64,000 nucleotides of DNA from Lachnospiraceae bacterium. GTDB lineage: Bacteria > Bacillota > Clostridia > Lachnospirales > Lachnospiraceae. The notes beneath the pieces were generated by a model. That model made no database searches and was not told the DNA's origin. It saw only the letters and a program-made list of their open reading frames with translations. The translations under genes and the position numbers were made by a program. Where the stretch lies: positions 92,202 to 156,201 of the forward strand of contig JAFQOE010000058.1 in the NCBI GenBank assembly GCA_017395635.1, in the 5' to 3' direction. How positions within the stretch are numbered: position 1 is the first letter of the stretch; the number at the start of each line of letters is the position of its first letter. Shown one piece after another: positions 7,808 through 17,721 of this stretch.

Positions 7808-8896
7808 GTGAGTCCTACGAAGATTAATATTTACTACGGTGGAAGAGGGGTTATGGAAGACCCTACAATTTATGTACTGAATAAGATGACAGAGGTGTTG
7901 AGAGAGTTACGTGTAGATGTGGCTCGTTATAACATTTTTGAAGATAAGAATGCGATTGCTACATTGCCGGCAACCCTGAAGGAAGCGGATGGTGTGATTC
8001 TTGCCACTACAGTAGAGTGGTTTGGAATCGGCGGATATATGCAGCAGTTTTTAGATATGTGCTGGTTGTATGCTGATAAGCAGCAGTTGAGTAAGCAGTA
8101 TATGTTACCGGTTGTTATGGCTACAACCTATGGAGAAAGAGATGCTGAGCTAAGCCTTGTGAAAGCTTGGGAAACATTAGGCGGAATTCCTATCACGGGT
8201 TTGGTTGCCTATGTGGATAATTTGGATGAGTTTGAGCAAAATGAGAGTTATCGAAAAATTATAGAGAAAAGAGTAGAGGCATTATATCGATCCATTAATC
8301 AAAAGGCAGAGAGTTTGCCGACAAGTAATCTTGCGGTCAAAACCAGCTTGTTGAAGACACGAACGATTGATTTGACACCACAGGAAAGTGAACAGCTTTC
8401 CAAGTTTGTTAGTGATGAAACCTATGTAAAGCAACAGAAGGAAGATATTGAAGAGTTATCTGCTATGTTTAAACAGATGTTACGGGATACAGGAAGTGAC
8501 GAGAAAGAAACCATCGACTTAAAACAGGATGAAGTCTTAGAGGTTGAGGCGCAGGAAATCACAGGACAGGATTCTCGCTACGAGCAGGAAGTGGATACAA
8601 TGATTAATTCATTTGTTGCAGCATTTCGACCGGAACCGGAATTTACAGCTTCCTATGCTCTTATTATTTCAGATCAGGAAAAGATACTTCATGTTCAGGT
8701 GACGCCGGAACACATCAAATGTTTCTATGCAGCGACGGACGAAGCAGATGTGATTTTGCGAACAACGACGAAGGTATTAGAGACCATTATGAGTGGAAGA
8801 AGTTCTTTCCAAAAGGGATTTATGGCAGGAGAAATCTCTGCAAAAGGTAATTTCAAAACACTTCGTATGTTGGATACCATTTTCGACTTTTCATAA
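7808..8896 (+). CDS. Flavodoxin-fold (NAD(P)H-dependent oxidoreductase-like) protein with a C-terminal SCP2 sterol-carrier-like domain
   Basis: N-terminus KINIYYGGRG...ADGVILATTVEWFGIGGYMQQF. C-terminus ...SGRSSFQKGFMAGEISAKGNFKTLRMLDTIF is typical of SCP2. The GTG start is weakly supported. Confidence 0.55.
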   Translation: MSPTKINIYYGGRGVMEDPTIYVLNKMTEVLRELRVDVARYNIFEDKNAIATLPATLKEADGVILATTVEWFGIGGYMQQFLDMCWLYADKQQLSKQYMLPVVMATTYGERDAELSLVKAWETLGGIPITGLVAYVDNLDEFEQNESYRKIIEKRVEALYRSINQKAESLPTSNLAVKTSLLKTRTIDLTPQESEQLSKFVSDETYVKQQKEDIEELSAMFKQMLRDTGSDEKETIDLKQDEVLEVEAQEITGQDSRYEQEVDTMINSFVAAFRPEPEFTASYALIISDQEKILHVQVTPEHIKCFYAATDEADVILRTTTKVLETIMSGRSSFQKGFMAGEISAKGNFKTLRMLDTIFDFS

Positions 8897-8915
8897 TAGG
8901 TAAATATAGTAAAAT

Positions 8916-8939
8916 CGTAACTAAGAAGGTACAGTTACG
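8916..8939 (+). repeat. CGTAACT-N10-AGTTACG hairpin (GTAACTGT motif family)
   Basis: 7-bp stem, 22 nt upstream of the dnaX ATG. Loop AAGAAGGTAC resembles the copy at 39640. Confidence 0.5.
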
Positions 8940-8961
8940 AAAATGTTAGGATGTGAATAAT

Positions 8962-10623
8962 ATGTCTTATATGGCTCTATATCGCAAATGGAGACCAGAT
9001 GAGTTTGAGGAAGTAAAAGGACAGGAGCATGTTGTTACCACGTTGAAAAATCAGATTATTCATGACCGTATTGGTCATGCGTATCTGTTTTGTGGAACGA
9101 GGGGTACCGGTAAGACCACAGTTGCAAAGTTGTTTGCCAAGGCAGTTAACTGTGAGCATCCGTTGGAGGATGGAAGTCCTTGTAATGAGTGTGCGACGTG
9201 CCAATCAATTGGTTCCGGAAGTTCCCTTGATGTAGTAGAGATGGATGCGGCATCGAATAACGGTGTAGATAATATTCGTGATATTCGTGAGAATGTGCAA
9301 TATTCGCCGACTGCAGGTAAGTTCAAGGTATATATCATTGACGAGGCACATATGCTATCTGGTGGTGCATTTAATGCTTTGTTGAAGACGTTGGAGGAAC
9401 CACCGTCTTATGTAATTTTTATATTAGCAACAACGGAGTCGCATAAGATTCCGATTACCATTCGTTCCCGTTGTCAGAAGTACGACTTTAGACGAATCGG
9501 CTTAGAAGTAATATATAGCAGGTTAATGGAGTTGTTGCAACGAGAGGGAATTGAAGCAGAAGAGAAAGCAATTCGGTATGTTGCCAAAGTTGCGGATGGT
9601 TCTATGCGTGATGCGCTAAGTCTGTTAGATCAATGTATTTCTTATTATTTAGGACAGACTCTGACCTATGAGAAGGTGCTGGAAGTATTAGGCGCTGTGG
9701 ATGTAGAGATTTTCAATGAGCTGATGCGCTATGTAACAACAAATGATACCATGCAGGCGCTTCGGATTGTGGATGAGATTATATGGCAGGGAAGAGAGTT
9801 GTCGCAGTTTGTAGCAGACTTTACCTGGTATATGCGAAATTTGTTACTTATCCAATCTTCTGATGCAGTATCTGACCAATTGGATATTTCAGCGGATAAT
9901 CTGGACAGCATGAAACAGATTGCAGATATGCTAGAAATGAGTGCATTGGTGCGTTACATTCGTGTGTTTTCGGAAATGTCGAATCAGATACGATATTCTA
10001 CCCAAAAGCGAGTTACCTTGGAGTTGGCAATTATCAAGTTGACAACTCCGCAGATGGAGATAGATACAGACTCTATATTAGAGCGCTTAAGAGTATTGGA
10101 GAACAAAGTAGAAGAAGGATCATTTTCGTTAAGTGAAGAGCAGTTAGCAGCTCTGTCTGCCAGGCAAGGTGGAATGAATTTGGATGTAGGTTCCTCTGAA
10201 CAGAAGGAGACTATTGACAGGGAAGCAATTCTCAAAAGAGAGCTTACTCCGGCTGAATATGAGGATATGGAAGTTATCATAGCAAGTATCCGGCAGATTA
10301 AGAAGGATTCCGAATTGCGAGGACGTATCGGTAAGATGACAATGAGTATGTTGGACCGCGCAAGTATCAATGTAGGATATGATAAAAAGTCAATTATGTT
10401 GTCTTTTGCAAATGACTTGGAATCATCCATGGCATATGATCGTTTTCAACAGGAGGAAACGCGCACAGCACTACAATCATTGATTGGAGAATTGACAGGA
10501 AAGCAGGTTGATATTACCTGTCAGATGAAAGATTCTTTGGAAGAAAAGGATTTTACAAGTGTGAATCTGAATCATATGAAATTCTTAAAGAATATGGATT
10601 TCGATGTGAAGATAGAAGATTAA
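8962..10623 (+). CDS. dnaX: DNA polymerase III subunit gamma/tau
   Basis: MSYMALYRKWRP..., Walker A GTRGTGKTT, zinc module CNECATC, DEAHML. Confidence 0.95.
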   Translation: MSYMALYRKWRPDEFEEVKGQEHVVTTLKNQIIHDRIGHAYLFCGTRGTGKTTVAKLFAKAVNCEHPLEDGSPCNECATCQSIGSGSSLDVVEMDAASNNGVDNIRDIRENVQYSPTAGKFKVYIIDEAHMLSGGAFNALLKTLEEPPSYVIFILATTESHKIPITIRSRCQKYDFRRIGLEVIYSRLMELLQREGIEAEEKAIRYVAKVADGSMRDALSLLDQCISYYLGQTLTYEKVLEVLGAVDVEIFNELMRYVTTNDTMQALRIVDEIIWQGRELSQFVADFTWYMRNLLLIQSSDAVSDQLDISADNLDSMKQIADMLEMSALVRYIRVFSEMSNQIRYSTQKRVTLELAIIKLTTPQMEIDTDSILERLRVLENKVEEGSFSLSEEQLAALSARQGGMNLDVGSSEQKETIDREAILKRELTPAEYEDMEVIIASIRQIKKDSELRGRIGKMTMSMLDRASINVGYDKKSIMLSFANDLESSMAYDRFQQEETRTALQSLIGELTGKQVDITCQMKDSLEEKDFTSVNLNHMKFLKNMDFDVKIED

Positions 10624-10709
10624 CAGGTGATTGTGAAACGTGAATAACACAATGTATGAATTCGCAGTTACCTGATAGAAGATTAGGAAAAACAGGAGGA
10701 CATTTAATC

Positions 10710-11063
10710 ATGGCAAAACGTGGAGGTGGATTCCCAGGTGGTATGCCTGGTAATATGAATAATCTGATGAAGCAGGCTCAGAGAATGCAAAAGCAGATGG
10801 AAGAGCAGGCAAAGGCACTGGAAGAAAAAACGTATGAGGCAACTGCAGGTGGTGGAGTTGTAAAGGTTGTTATTTCCGGTAAGAAGGAGATTCAGGAAGT
10901 TCATTTAGAACCAGAGGTAGTAGATCCGGATGATATTGAAATGTTAGAGGATTTAATCATGGCAGCAACGAATGAAGCTCTTCGTATGCAGGAAGAAGAT
11001 CAGAATTCCCAGTTGTCTAAGATTACAGGCGGTATGGGTGGAATGGGAGGATTTCCATTCTAA
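10710..11063 (+). CDS. ybaB: YbaB/EbfC-family nucleoid-associated protein
   Basis: [18 protein letters not shown]...[15 protein letters not shown]. Conserved dnaX-ybaB-recR order. ATG at 10710. Confidence 0.9.
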   Translation: MAKRGGGFPGGMPGNMNNLMKQAQRMQKQMEEQAKALEEKTYEATAGGGVVKVVISGKKEIQEVHLEPEVVDPDDIEMLEDLIMAATNEALRMQEEDQNSQLSKITGGMGGMGGFPF

Positions 11064-11659
11064 TGGACTTATACAGTGAACAGGTAAATCATTTGGTAGA
11101 GGAATTGGGAAGACTGCCGGGAATCGGTACGAAATCGGCACAGCGTCTGGCGTATCACATTATCAATATGCCACATGATCAGGTAAAGTCTTTGTCAGAT
11201 TCCATTATTACTGCCAAGGAAAATGTTAGATATTGCAAAGAATGTTATACCTTAACAGACAAAGAGGTTTGCCCGATTTGTACATCGACAAAACGTGATA
11301 AGAAAATCATTATGGTAGTAGAAACACCAAGGGACTTGGCGGCATATGAAAGAACCGGAAAGTATACAGGGGTGTATCATGTTTTGCACGGTGCAATTTC
11401 ACCAAAGCTGGGGATTGGTCAGGATGACATCAAACTCAAGGAATTAATTATTCGTTTAAGAGAAGACGTAGAGGAGTTGATTGTAGCCACTAATTCCGGA
11501 GTAGAAGGTGAGATTACAGCAATGTACATTAGCAAGCTGGTGAAACCAACAGGAATTAAGGTATCACGAATTGCTTCCGGTATACCAGTCGGGGGCGATT
11601 TGGAGTGTATTGACGAGGTTACACTTCTTCGAGCATTGGAGGGGCGTGTAGACTTGTAA
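11063..11659 (+). CDS. recR: Recombination protein RecR
   Basis: [15 protein letters not shown] (HhH), Cys4 finger [16 protein letters not shown], Toprim domain. The start overlaps the ybaB stop (TAATG). Confidence 0.95.
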   Translation: MDLYSEQVNHLVEELGRLPGIGTKSAQRLAYHIINMPHDQVKSLSDSIITAKENVRYCKECYTLTDKEVCPICTSTKRDKKIIMVVETPRDLAAYERTGKYTGVYHVLHGAISPKLGIGQDDIKLKELIIRLREDVEELIVATNSGVEGEITAMYISKLVKPTGIKVSRIASGIPVGGDLECIDEVTLLRALEGRVDL

Positions 11660-11689
11660 GAACCAGGAGAAGAAAGGTAGGTAGGGCTT

Positions 11690-12766
11690 ATGAAGAGAAT
11701 CGGAATGTTGACAAGTGGTGGCGATTGCCAGGCACTGAACGCTACAATGAGAGGTGTTGTAAAAGGACTTTGCAACATGTACAAGGATGTAGAGATTTAC
11801 GGATTTTTAGAGGGTTACAAGGGATTAATCCGTAACAACTATAAGCTTTTGAAAGCGGAAGATTTTTCGGGAATTTTGACAAGGGGTGGTACCATTTTAG
11901 GAAGCTCGCGTACACCATTTAAGTTGATGGACCAGCCAACAGAGGACGGCATTGACAAGGTGAAAGCAATGAAGGAAACATACAAGAAGTTGAAACTTGA
12001 CTGTCTTGTTGTGTTAGGTGGTAATGGCTCCCAGAAAACAGCGAATCTTTTGAGTGGTGAAGGATTAAATGTAATAGGTTTGCCAAAGACAATCGACAAT
12101 GACCTTTGGGGTACCGATATGACTTTTGGTTTCCAGTCAGCGGTTGACATTGCAACAAATGCAATTGATTGCATTCATACAACAGCAGCTTCTCATAATC
12201 GAGTATTTGTAGTAGAGATTATGGGACACAAGGTTGGACATATTACATTACATGCAGGTATTGCCGGTGGTGCAGATATTATCTTATTGCCGGAGATTCC
12301 ATATGATATCAAGAGTGTGTGTAAAGCATTAGATAAAAGAAGTAAAGCAGGTAAAGGATTTTCAATTATTGCGGTAGCAGAAGGTGCTATCTCGAAAGAG
12401 GATGCGGCACTTCCAAAGAAGAAGAGAAAAGAAAAGATTGCGAATCGCCCATATCCATCTGTAGCATATGAGATTGCAGATCAGATTAAGGATACATGCG
12501 GATGTGAAGTAAGAATTGCTGTTCCTGGACATACACAAAGAGGTGGAAGTCCAAATGCATTTGACCGTGTGCTTTCTTCAAGGTTCGGTGCATATGCAGC
12601 ACAGTTGATTAAGGAAGAGAAATATGGACGTCTTGTGGTGTTGAAGGATAACGAGGTGACAGACATTGCACTATCAGAATCTGCCGGAAAGTTAAAATAT
12701 GTATCACCGGAAGATAGTATTGTGCAGAATGCACGTGCACTTGGTATCTCTTTCGGAGATGAGTAG
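11690..12766 (+). CDS. pfkA: 6-phosphofructokinase
   Basis: GMLTSGGDCQALNA, VLGGNGS, GLPKTIDNDL, PGHTQRGG. Confidence 0.9.
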   Translation: MKRIGMLTSGGDCQALNATMRGVVKGLCNMYKDVEIYGFLEGYKGLIRNNYKLLKAEDFSGILTRGGTILGSSRTPFKLMDQPTEDGIDKVKAMKETYKKLKLDCLVVLGGNGSQKTANLLSGEGLNVIGLPKTIDNDLWGTDMTFGFQSAVDIATNAIDCIHTTAASHNRVFVVEIMGHKVGHITLHAGIAGGADIILLPEIPYDIKSVCKALDKRSKAGKGFSIIAVAEGAISKEDAALPKKKRKEKIANRPYPSVAYEIADQIKDTCGCEVRIAVPGHTQRGGSPNAFDRVLSSRFGAYAAQLIKEEKYGRLVVLKDNEVTDIALSESAGKLKYVSPEDSIVQNARALGISFGDE

Positions 12767-12907
12767 TTCTTTTAGTGTTATTTAAGTGGACGCAGGACGG
12801 TTTTGAATAATCGTCCTGCTGTCTGTGTCTACTTGGCAATTGTAGGCACATATTATTTTTGAGGGCATATCATAATGGTATGGAATATGTCTCGGAGGAA
12901 ATAATAT

Positions 12908-13291
12908 ATGAATATGCAGGGTTTGCATTATGATTTGAATTCTCTTTTTCCGAAAGAAGTAGATTTCTTAGAGGAAGAAGAAATTTGTTTGAAAGATTAC
13001 GAGTATTTGAAAAGATTGTATCCGAAAGAAGTACGATTAATGACTTCCGTAATGGAAGAATATTTGGATAGATATGAATATGAGGGAAGTCCGATGTATG
13101 CACAGTATCCGGATGCGGTTACCATTTATCGGATTGCCAATGAGATATATAAAATGCTTTCCTATAAGGGAAGTGATAAGGAAATGGCGCAACTTAAGAA
13201 TATGTTACAGGTAATGGTGTGCCATGAGATGTATGTAAGACGAAGAAGACATGATAAGTTTTGTAGGAAATTCTATAATCAAATGAGATAA
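12908..13291 (+). CDS. Hypothetical protein (127 aa)
   Basis: ORF with upstream GGAGGAAATAAT. No recognised domain. Confidence 0.5.
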   Translation: MNMQGLHYDLNSLFPKEVDFLEEEEICLKDYEYLKRLYPKEVRLMTSVMEEYLDRYEYEGSPMYAQYPDAVTIYRIANEIYKMLSYKGSDKEMAQLKNMLQVMVCHEMYVRRRRHDKFCRKFYNQMR

Positions 13292-13376
13292 AGGAATAGT
13301 ATTTCCGATATAGATTGGATGTAGAAATCATTCTGCGCTTGTCATATAAGATAGATAATAGTAGGAGAGATTATAA

Positions 13377-15923
13377 ATGGACGGAAGAGTAGTTGCAAAA
13401 ATACTGATATTGTTATGCATCTTCTTTGGTACCATTTTTTTTGTGAATGGAATTCACAATCATGGTGTGGAAGATGTTTCGGTGGAGATGGAACAGGCGA
13501 CTTTGCCGATTGTATATGTACGTTACAGTGATCGATTTATTAATACATTGCATGGGTATACCGGTAAGGTGGATACCACGTACTTTAGAGATACCATTAC
13601 ACCTATGGATTACAGTCAGACAATAGAGTTATGGACGGATCAAGGTAGCGAAGAATATGGAACTTATGAATACGAATTGCGAAGTCTTTATCAGGGAGAT
13701 TTGATTGAAAATGGTTCAGTGACGGAGTTAAATCACGCAGATGGATATGACAAAATTCGTATCGTTTTTCGTACAAAATTGGAAGAATTACAAGAATATG
13801 TGCTTGTGCTGAAGGCTATGTCCGGTGAAGATGTAGCTGCGAGATACTACACTCGTGTAGTGGTTGAAAATGATTTTCATGCATCTTACTTGCTGGATTT
13901 TGTGGAGGACTTTAATGATGCCATTTTTGACAAGGAAAAGGCGGAAGAGATAATTACTAAAAGTATTGAACCGAATGAAGATGGTAACAATGAGTATTTG
14001 TCTGAGGTTAATATTCATTCTAACTTTGAAACCCTTACTTTTGCAAATCTTGAGCCGGATCGTTTGACGAAACCGGTTGCAAGTATCAAGGAAATAGATG
14101 ACAGTTATGCAATTATTCAGTTAAAATATATGATATCTGCAACAGAGAACAAGGTGATTCAAAATTACTATATAACAGAAGATTATCGTGTTCGTTTTGC
14201 TGGTGAAGATAAGATATATTTGTTGGATTATAATCGTCAGCAGGAAGCTTTGTTTACGATTGATAATATTGATATTACATCCAATATGTTTAAAATTGGT
14301 ATTGTGGATGAAGAAAAATATCAGTATGTTGTCGGTGATAAACAAAAAAAGGTTGCATTTACACAGGCCAGACAGCTTTGGTATTATGATTATGACAATG
14401 GAACCATAACGAACGTATATGGTTTTTGTCAGGATGATAATTATACGGATGCCCGTGTTACCTACGATGAGAATAATATCAAAATCTTGAATATGGATAA
14501 TAAAGGAAATATTGTCTTTGTGGTTTACGGATATATGAATCGTGGTGAACACGAAGGTAAGGTAGGTATTTCTGTATTTAAATTTACTGCCGAAAAAGAT
14601 AAGATTGACGAAGTGTTGTTTATTGAGAATGATAAACCATTTAACATTCTAAAGGAAGATATGGAAACCTTGTTGTATCTGAATGAAGCCGGCGAATTTT
14701 ATTATTTTGATAATGACTGTATTGTGAAAGTGGATACCAATACATTAAAGTCGGAGATTTTTATCGAGGATGTGTTAAATGAGAATCTTGCGGTGTCAGA
14801 TGACCATCATTTGATTGGTTATCCTAACGAATTACTTACGGAGAATACGACACAAGTAACTGTATTGGATTTGGAATCCGGTGAAAAACAGGTGTATGAG
14901 GCAGGTTCCGGAGAACGCTTAGAAGCCATTGGTTTTGTCGGCGAGGATATTGTGTTAGGAAAGATTCGTGAAGGCGATATTGAGGTTGCTTTAGATAGAA
15001 CCGTCACTTGTCCGATATCTAGCATTGATATTATTGACAAGGACAAAAATGTGGTTAAAAAGTATGGTTCTACCGGTGTCTATGTAATTGATGCAACTGC
15101 TAAGAATGGTGTCGTATATTTGGAGAGAGTTCGTAAGATTAACGGTGTGTTTGAAGCGACGACACAGGACTTTATTACTTATAAAGAAGAAGAAAATACA
15201 GACCAGATATATACTGCTTATAAGATGACGGATAAGGCGTACAATCAGATGTATCTGATATTTCCTAATTATATCTATGTAACAACGCGTCCGAAACTTA
15301 TGATTACTCGTAAGGAAGTAAATGAAGAAGATACAACGGTCAAGATTGCATTTGATCACATTAACAATAAGTTCTATGCGTATGGTCAGGGCAAATATAT
15401 GACGGACTATCTAAGTTTGAATGGGGCAGTTCGTGTTGCTTATGAAAATGCCGGAGTAGTATTAGATGCAAACGGTGTAATCGTATGGCGTAAGATTGCG
15501 GTGAAGGATTATCATACAGTTGCGAACAAGATTAAGATATATAATGTAACGGATGTCAAGGAAACTTTGGCTGCTTGCATTTATATGATGGGTATTTATG
15601 AAGGAAAGAATCCGGAGTATGCTGCGATGATGGAGGATATTGCGAACGAAAAACCAATCGAAGATATCTTGTTGGAATATGTCGGAAGACAAGGAACGGA
15701 TATTACCGGTTGTGATTTTGAAAATGGATTATATTACCTTTGTAAGGATGCACCGGTTATTACAAGATTTGCGGATGGAACCTACGTGTTAGTAACCAGT
15801 TATAATGGACAAAGGGTAAGATATATTAATCCTCTTGAAAAGAAGGATATTGTTGAAGAAAGAAAAGAGTTTGAAGAGAAGGTGCATGATAGTGGGAATG
15901 TATTTATAAGCTATGTGCGATAA
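13377..15923 (+). CDS. Large N-terminally anchored extracytoplasmic protein of unknown function (848 aa)
   Basis: RBS AGGAGAG. Single N-terminal TM segment (KILILLCIFFGTIFFV). No motif recognised. The C-terminal ~130 aa vaguely resemble a papain/C39-like fold (TLAACIYMMGIYEG...GTYVLVTSYNGQRVRYINP). Confidence 0.6.
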   Translation: MDGRVVAKILILLCIFFGTIFFVNGIHNHGVEDVSVEMEQATLPIVYVRYSDRFINTLHGYTGKVDTTYFRDTITPMDYSQTIELWTDQGSEEYGTYEYELRSLYQGDLIENGSVTELNHADGYDKIRIVFRTKLEELQEYVLVLKAMSGEDVAARYYTRVVVENDFHASYLLDFVEDFNDAIFDKEKAEEIITKSIEPNEDGNNEYLSEVNIHSNFETLTFANLEPDRLTKPVASIKEIDDSYAIIQLKYMISATENKVIQNYYITEDYRVRFAGEDKIYLLDYNRQQEALFTIDNIDITSNMFKIGIVDEEKYQYVVGDKQKKVAFTQARQLWYYDYDNGTITNVYGFCQDDNYTDARVTYDENNIKILNMDNKGNIVFVVYGYMNRGEHEGKVGISVFKFTAEKDKIDEVLFIENDKPFNILKEDMETLLYLNEAGEFYYFDNDCIVKVDTNTLKSEIFIEDVLNENLAVSDDHHLIGYPNELLTENTTQVTVLDLESGEKQVYEAGSGERLEAIGFVGEDIVLGKIREGDIEVALDRTVTCPISSIDIIDKDKNVVKKYGSTGVYVIDATAKNGVVYLERVRKINGVFEATTQDFITYKEEENTDQIYTAYKMTDKAYNQMYLIFPNYIYVTTRPKLMITRKEVNEEDTTVKIAFDHINNKFYAYGQGKYMTDYLSLNGAVRVAYENAGVVLDANGVIVWRKIAVKDYHTVANKIKIYNVTDVKETLAACIYMMGIYEGKNPEYAAMMEDIANEKPIEDILLEYVGRQGTDITGCDFENGLYYLCKDAPVITRFADGTYVLVTSYNGQRVRYINPLEKKDIVEERKEFEEKVHDSGNVFISYVR

Positions 15924-15937
15924 ATGAGATATTCCCC

Positions 15938-16250
15938 GATATTCAGAAGACGAAAAATCCTACTATATGTGTGGACACTTATAAAAATATATTATGAAAT
16001 TTGTTGAGCTCTGCGGATATAAGATTTTCTAAACAATTCAGTTAGGTGATGATACCGTTCGGGTCGGCTGAGATACGCCGTCCTGGCTGTCTCAGCCTTA
16101 TGCCAACATCCATGTTGGCATATCCCTGTTGTGTTTTTGAATTGTCAAGAAAATCTAATATCCTACGAGAAAACAAATTATCATAATAATTTTTATTTCG
16201 TGTCTAGTTACATATTATAGTAGGATTTTTTGTTCTTCTGAATATCTCGC
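15938..16250. repeat. Long imperfect palindrome: arms of ~105-115 nt around a ~95-nt centre that contains two GC-rich hairpins
   Basis: Left arm GATATTCAGAAGACGAAAAATCCTACTATA... is the reverse complement of ...TATAGTAGGATTTTTTGTTCTTCTGAATATC. Arms align along their whole length with scattered mismatches and indels. Confidence 0.8.
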
Positions 16251-16432
16251 CAAACCCGAAGCCATGCTCTATTTTATAATATAGGAAATTCTTCTGTGAG
16301 GAATCTTCTGTATTATAAAAATGCTTGTGAACAATTTTATTGTTTACGAAAATGGACTGTCGGTATGACCTTTTCTATATGTATATATGAATTTTAGTAA
16401 TTGTTCAGTACAGCACTTGCTGTTTTGTGTAA

Positions 16433-16564
16433 AATCGAGTAGGCTGTCTCCTACTCGATGTAGTTAACACCACACATCGCATGCAAAGCATGCTCAGTGA
16501 TGGACATTCGCCAAATGGATTTTCATGCAAGCATGAATCCACTTGGCTCATTGTTAACACAAAA
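16433..16564 (+). repeat. Mosaic hairpin (REP/BIME-like) repeat, family R1, copy A
   Basis: Near-identical inverted copy at 59537-59668. Partial relative at 55185-55266. Consists of 3 consecutive stem-loops. Confidence 0.8.
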
Positions 16565-16592
16565 AGAACTTCCACATTTCTGCGGAAGTTCT
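16565..16592 (-). terminator. Intrinsic terminator of the ferredoxin gene
   Basis: Stem AGAACTTCC/GGAAGTTCT. On the minus strand it is followed by TTTTT. Confidence 0.75.
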
Positions 16593-16616
16593 TTGTACGT
16601 TATATTGTGTGCAATC

Positions 16617-16787
16617 TTACTCTTCTGTAATTGCTCCTGTAGGGCATGTTCCAGCACATGAACCACAAGAAATGCAAGCAGCAGCATCGATTTCGAACTT
16701 GCCGTCGCCTTCAGCAATTGCTCCAACTGGACAAGAACCAGCACAAGCACCACAAGATACACAGCTATCACCAATAACAAATGCCAT
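16617..16787 (-). CDS. Clostridial-type 2x[4Fe-4S] ferredoxin (56 aa). Absent from the ORF track, evidently because it falls below the track's size cutoff.
   Basis: Hand translation gives MAFVIGDSCVSCGACAGSCPVGAIAEGDGKFEIDAAACISCGSCAGTCPTGAITEE, with two CxxCxxCxxxCP motifs. RBS GGAGGA lies 8 nt upstream. Confidence 0.9.
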   Translation of the reverse strand: MAFVIGDSCVSCGACAGSCPVGAIAEGDGKFEIDAAACISCGSCAGTCPTGAITEE

Positions 16788-16928
16788 GATTAAATCCTCC
16801 TTTGTGTAATATCATTATGACTTATTAATACTAAACCATTAATAAATATATTTTAAATCAACTTGCTTAAGATAGCAAGGATTTTTTAAGGGTTAGAAAT
16901 GTCTAATCTTTGTTAGTATAGCATCGAT

Positions 16929-17690
16929 TTATGCGTTGGCCGCATCTTCTTTTCTACGACGTCTTGCGCCATCCAAGATAACTTCTCTTGCATGGATTGC
17001 GTCTTCTTTGTTAAGAGGTTCCATTCCCTTTAGTGGATATTCGATTCCGAGATTTTCGTATTTTACCTCGCCCATATTGTGATATGGGAGTACGTCTAAT
17101 GCTTTGAGATTCTTTAAGCCACCAATGAAGTAGCCAAGCTCATCTAAATAGTGATCGATAAGCGTAATGTCTTTTACAATTACGTGGCGAATCCAAATCG
17201 GAACTCCCTGTTCATCAATATACTTTGCAAAATCTAAAATGTTATCGTTAGGCTGTTTGCAAAGCTTTTCGTGCTCGTCCGGATTAATATGTTTAATGTC
17301 TAACATAACCAAATCGGTAGCGTTCATCAAGCGGTTGAACTTGGCTAATAATTCCGGATTGTCTCGGTGGAATATAACACCGGATGTATCCAGACAAGTG
17401 TGGATTCCTTTTTCTTTTGCCTTTTCAAAGAGTTCTGTTAAAAAGTCAATCTGCATTAATGGTTCTCCACCGGTAGCAGTAATGCCACCATTCTTGTAAA
17501 AATGATGAAGAGACTCATATTGAGCGAGCAAGTCTTCAACGGTATGTTCTTCGCCACCACGCATATCCCAAGTGTCAGGGTTATGGCAATAAGCACAACG
17601 CATTGGGCAACCTTTGAAGAATATAACAAAACGCATTCCCGGACCGTCAACCGTTCCGCAAGTTTCTATTGAATGAATATGTCCAATCAT
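16929..17690 (-). CDS. pflA: Pyruvate formate-lyase activating enzyme (radical SAM)
   Basis: GHIHSIETCGTVDGPGMRF, CPMRCAYCHN (CxxxCxxC), GGITATGGEP. ATG 17690 has an AAAGGAA RBS. The upstream in-frame ATG 17711 has none. Confidence 0.9.
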   Translation of the reverse strand: MIGHIHSIETCGTVDGPGMRFVIFFKGCPMRCAYCHNPDTWDMRGGEEHTVEDLLAQYESLHHFYKNGGITATGGEPLMQIDFLTELFEKAKEKGIHTCLDTSGVIFHRDNPELLAKFNRLMNATDLVMLDIKHINPDEHEKLCKQPNDNILDFAKYIDEQGVPIWIRHVIVKDITLIDHYLDELGYFIGGLKNLKALDVLPYHNMGEVKYENLGIEYPLKGMEPLNKEDAIHAREVILDGARRRRKEDAANA

Positions 17691-17721
17691 AGTAAAGTTC
17701 CTTTCTTTCATATATCATTTA

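Noticed and set aside
8962-10623. Programmed frameshift site in dnaX (gamma/tau)
   Set aside because: I saw no A-AAA-AAG-type slippery heptamer with a downstream hairpin. Firmicutes generally make a single product.
16523-16809. ORF-track ORFs 16523..16780(-) and 16609..16809(+)
   Set aside because: They have low-complexity Leu/Val- or Ala/Pro/Gln-rich translations and no RBS. Both are shadows of the genuine 56-aa ferredoxin in the third overlapping frame.
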